The notes beneath the pieces are model-generated. The model was not told the origin of the DNA. It ran no database searches and saw only the letters and a program-made list of their open reading frames with translations. 64,000 nt of DNA from Patellaria atrata CBS 101060 (Eukaryota). Location: positions 1,200,004 through 1,264,003 of the forward strand of contig MU006096.1 in NCBI GenBank assembly GCA_010093705.1. The letters are read 5' to 3'. Both the position numbers and the translations under genes were made by a program. The first letter of the stretch is position 1; the number at the start of each line of letters is the position of its first letter. This document shows, in pieces, positions 61,471 through 64,000 of the stretch.

Positions 61471-62818
61471 ATGCTCAACTGGGCAAAGGCAACGTGAGAA
61501 ATCTTTTCCTTTTTCGAATCATCATGTATTAACTCCCCTACCATCTAGTCTAGCCAATGTTGCTGGCACACAAGAACCAATATACGGCCCGGACGCCATC
61601 CAAACGGTCACCAAGCAAGCCAAGGAAGTCCCATACACTGAGCTGGTGAAGGATGATCTGCGATGGATCACCATGGAATCAACCTGCGTTGAAACCCAGA
61701 CTTTCTATGTCATGGCGGATGGTGGACCCATTGGCATAGCGCAGGTCATTTACAACAATGTAGCGTGAGAACAGTTCGAAATCACCGTTGGAGATTAGCG
61801 ACTAACGTGCGCATCATAGTGGCCTTAGGACCACAGTTCAATTCACTAGCAAACTATTCTACCAGGACGGCAAAAATTCAAATAGTTGGGCATCCGATGC
61901 ATTGGAGAATTATGGATTCGACTCGGAACGCTACTCCCTTCATGCCGACAATTGTTCCGTTGAACTTTCAGAAGATGGCTCGTCATATACGATCAAATCC
62001 ACGACAAGCTCGCATAGCGTAGTCAATCTGAAGTTCACTAGGATTTCCCTAGGATTTGTTGTGGGGAAGAATGGTACGACTTCCTATGGGACAGATCCTG
62101 CGAATCCCTGGGGCAAGATGCGCCATGCCTTTTGGCCGCGTTGCAAGGTGGAGGGTAGCATTATCACGCAAGCCGGAGACGTAGACATGACCGGGCGGGG
62201 TTTCTTCGTTCATGCTCTGCAAGGCATGAAGCCACATCACGCAGGTAAGGATCTACTTATTATCGCATTGTCACTTCACCTCTGATTAGCTATCACTAGC
62301 TGCTCGTTGGGATTTTGCGAATTTCCAGTCACCCAACTACTCCGCGTTCCAGATGTCTTTCACTACTCCACCCTCATACGGGTCGACCGTCGTCAATGTT
62401 GGGGGTCTTGCAATCGATGACGAGATTGTATTTGCTGGGGCAAGAAATTCAGCAACGCACCTAAAAGTCAAGAGCGATGCGGACAACGATTGGCCTGAAC
62501 CGACCGCAGCTAAATATGTCTGGGACGGGAAGACGAAAGATGGCAAGGACGTTCACCTCGAGCTTGCGGGCAACCTGGGCGAAAGAGTGGATCGGGTCGA
62601 TGTCATGGCTGAAGTCCCTGGTTTCATCAAAGCCATCGTAGCAAGTGCTGCAGGTACCAAGCCCTACGTATATCAGGTATGTCAATTTAGAACACTTGAG
62701 AGAACGGCATTAACCATCTTCACAGTTTGCTTCTAAGCTCACTCTATCTGTCAAAATTGGAGAAGAAGTGAAAGAAGAAGATGGTCTACTCTTCGCTGAG
62801 GCTACCTTCATCTCTTAA
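61471..62818 (+). CDS. SVF1: Survival factor 1 (Svf1)
   Basis: [58 protein letters not shown] and the terminal EATFIS*. Four short introns. Confidence 0.93.
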
Positions 62819-63512
62819 GTCCGTCAGTCTACGCTCACTACGCATGATCAAGTCATCGTATCACTCTGCAGGGCAGAGTAGATTCGATATCCTATAATAC
62901 CTCTCATAGTTTGGACACGCAACTTCTGGCCGGCTGATGGGCTTGTTCCCTCTCTATGAATGCATGATAGAGATGTAAATAGTTACGATTGTGGGAGATG
63001 ATAGATCACAATTGACGTTTGGATACCTACAATTCTACGTCCGTACTCGTACCTATGCTCAACCTAAGTAGTCTTTGACGTATCACTTTCTGTGCCTCTC
63101 ACGTGCAACCGCGTTAAGTGAATATTTTAATATACAGGTTTTTATCTGCCGTGTCCGTTTACACAAGTAGTTTTAAAACCTCACCTCTTGCCTCTTTCCT
63201 CTCACCTTTCTCAATTCTCGTTTTGCTTCAACTTTAATTCCCCCGTACATCCAGCTGTAAGCCATATAGCTCAAAATCGTCGCTCCATCACGTGCCCACG
63301 CACCCCCCACGCGTTCGAGCCCAAATCCTACCCCGCGCACGCGTCCGCCGCACTCATCCGCTCCGAAAACGCACTTAGCGCAGCCTCGTAAGTCTACCTA
63401 AACAAAACATCTGCCATCGAATTTCTACCTCCCTTCATCCCATCTGTTCTTGCTCCTAGCAATTGTTTATCGTTTGTTTACCTTTGGTTTTCTGTTCTGA
63501 GGAGTAAGAATC

Positions 63513-64000
63513 ATGGCTAAATTGGCGGACCGCCAGTCTGTGGTTTCGCCGATGGGTCCGGGGATTGCGAGATACGGGCCCCGTGGCGCTGGGTTGGGGT
63601 CGGGGGGGAAGGGGAAGAAGGGGTTTAAACGGCATAGGTGAGTATATGATATATCTGGTTTGAGATGAATAAAGTTTTGATTGAGGGGGGAGATGTGGTG
63701 ATGGGGAGTGAGATGGGAATGTAGAAGCTGATCTGATGGATTCTAGGAAGATTCTGAGAGATACGATTGATGGCGTCACTCGTGGCAATATCAGGTGAGT
63801 CTACGTTGTGAAGGTTTGCATTTTTAGGTTTACTGATTGAGATGAATAGGCGTATGGCGAGGCGCGGTGGGGTTAAGCGTATCTCAGGAGCTATCTACTC
63901 TGATGTTCGCAGTGTGTTGAAAAGTCGTGAGTCGTTTCCTTGATATTGTAATTTTGGAACTGGATGTACTAACATTGAGGAGGTCTCGAGCTTGTATGAT
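63513..64000 (+). CDS. Divergent histone H4 variant (H4E/hH4v-like), 3' end outside the window
   Basis: Exons 63513-63637, 63747-63794, 63850-63926 and about 63983-63993 splice to [87 protein letters not shown]. Confidence 0.88.

Noticed and set aside
1790..62818. Stop-codon readthrough signals (TGA-CTA) giving cryptic PTS1 isoforms
   Set aside because: None of the stop contexts I checked in the modelled genes matches the motif.

Overview
Gene-dense chromosomal DNA from a filamentous ascomycete (Pezizomycotina, probably Dothideomycetes), with short GT-AG introns and CTRAY branch sites. About 19 protein-coding genes can be reconstructed by hand: a C2H2 TF, a Yvc1/TRP-like channel with about 17 exons, an orphan, a DUF3112-like membrane protein, ALG2, VPS15, an amidohydrolase, DBP7, PAN6, oxalate decarboxylase, a GPAT/DHAPAT acyltransferase, a Zn2Cys6 TF, ASA1, an F-box protein, a GH7 cellobiohydrolase, a GNAT, a SAT4/HAL4 kinase, SVF1 and a divergent histone H4 variant cut by the window end. 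An accessory block at about 39.3-52 kb holds the F-box gene and several broken genes. I found no rRNA, tRNA, CRISPR array or intact transposon. The main points of interest are: the H4 variant missed by the ORF track; recurrent 1-kb blocks that switch from C-rich to G-rich regardless of gene orientation; a possible GTG-initiated extension of the Zn2Cys6 factor; a hidden mitochondrial-presequence exon on PAN6; a PTS1 on the acyltransferase; and TGTAC arrays between convergent genes. All family calls come from motif recognition, not database searches.
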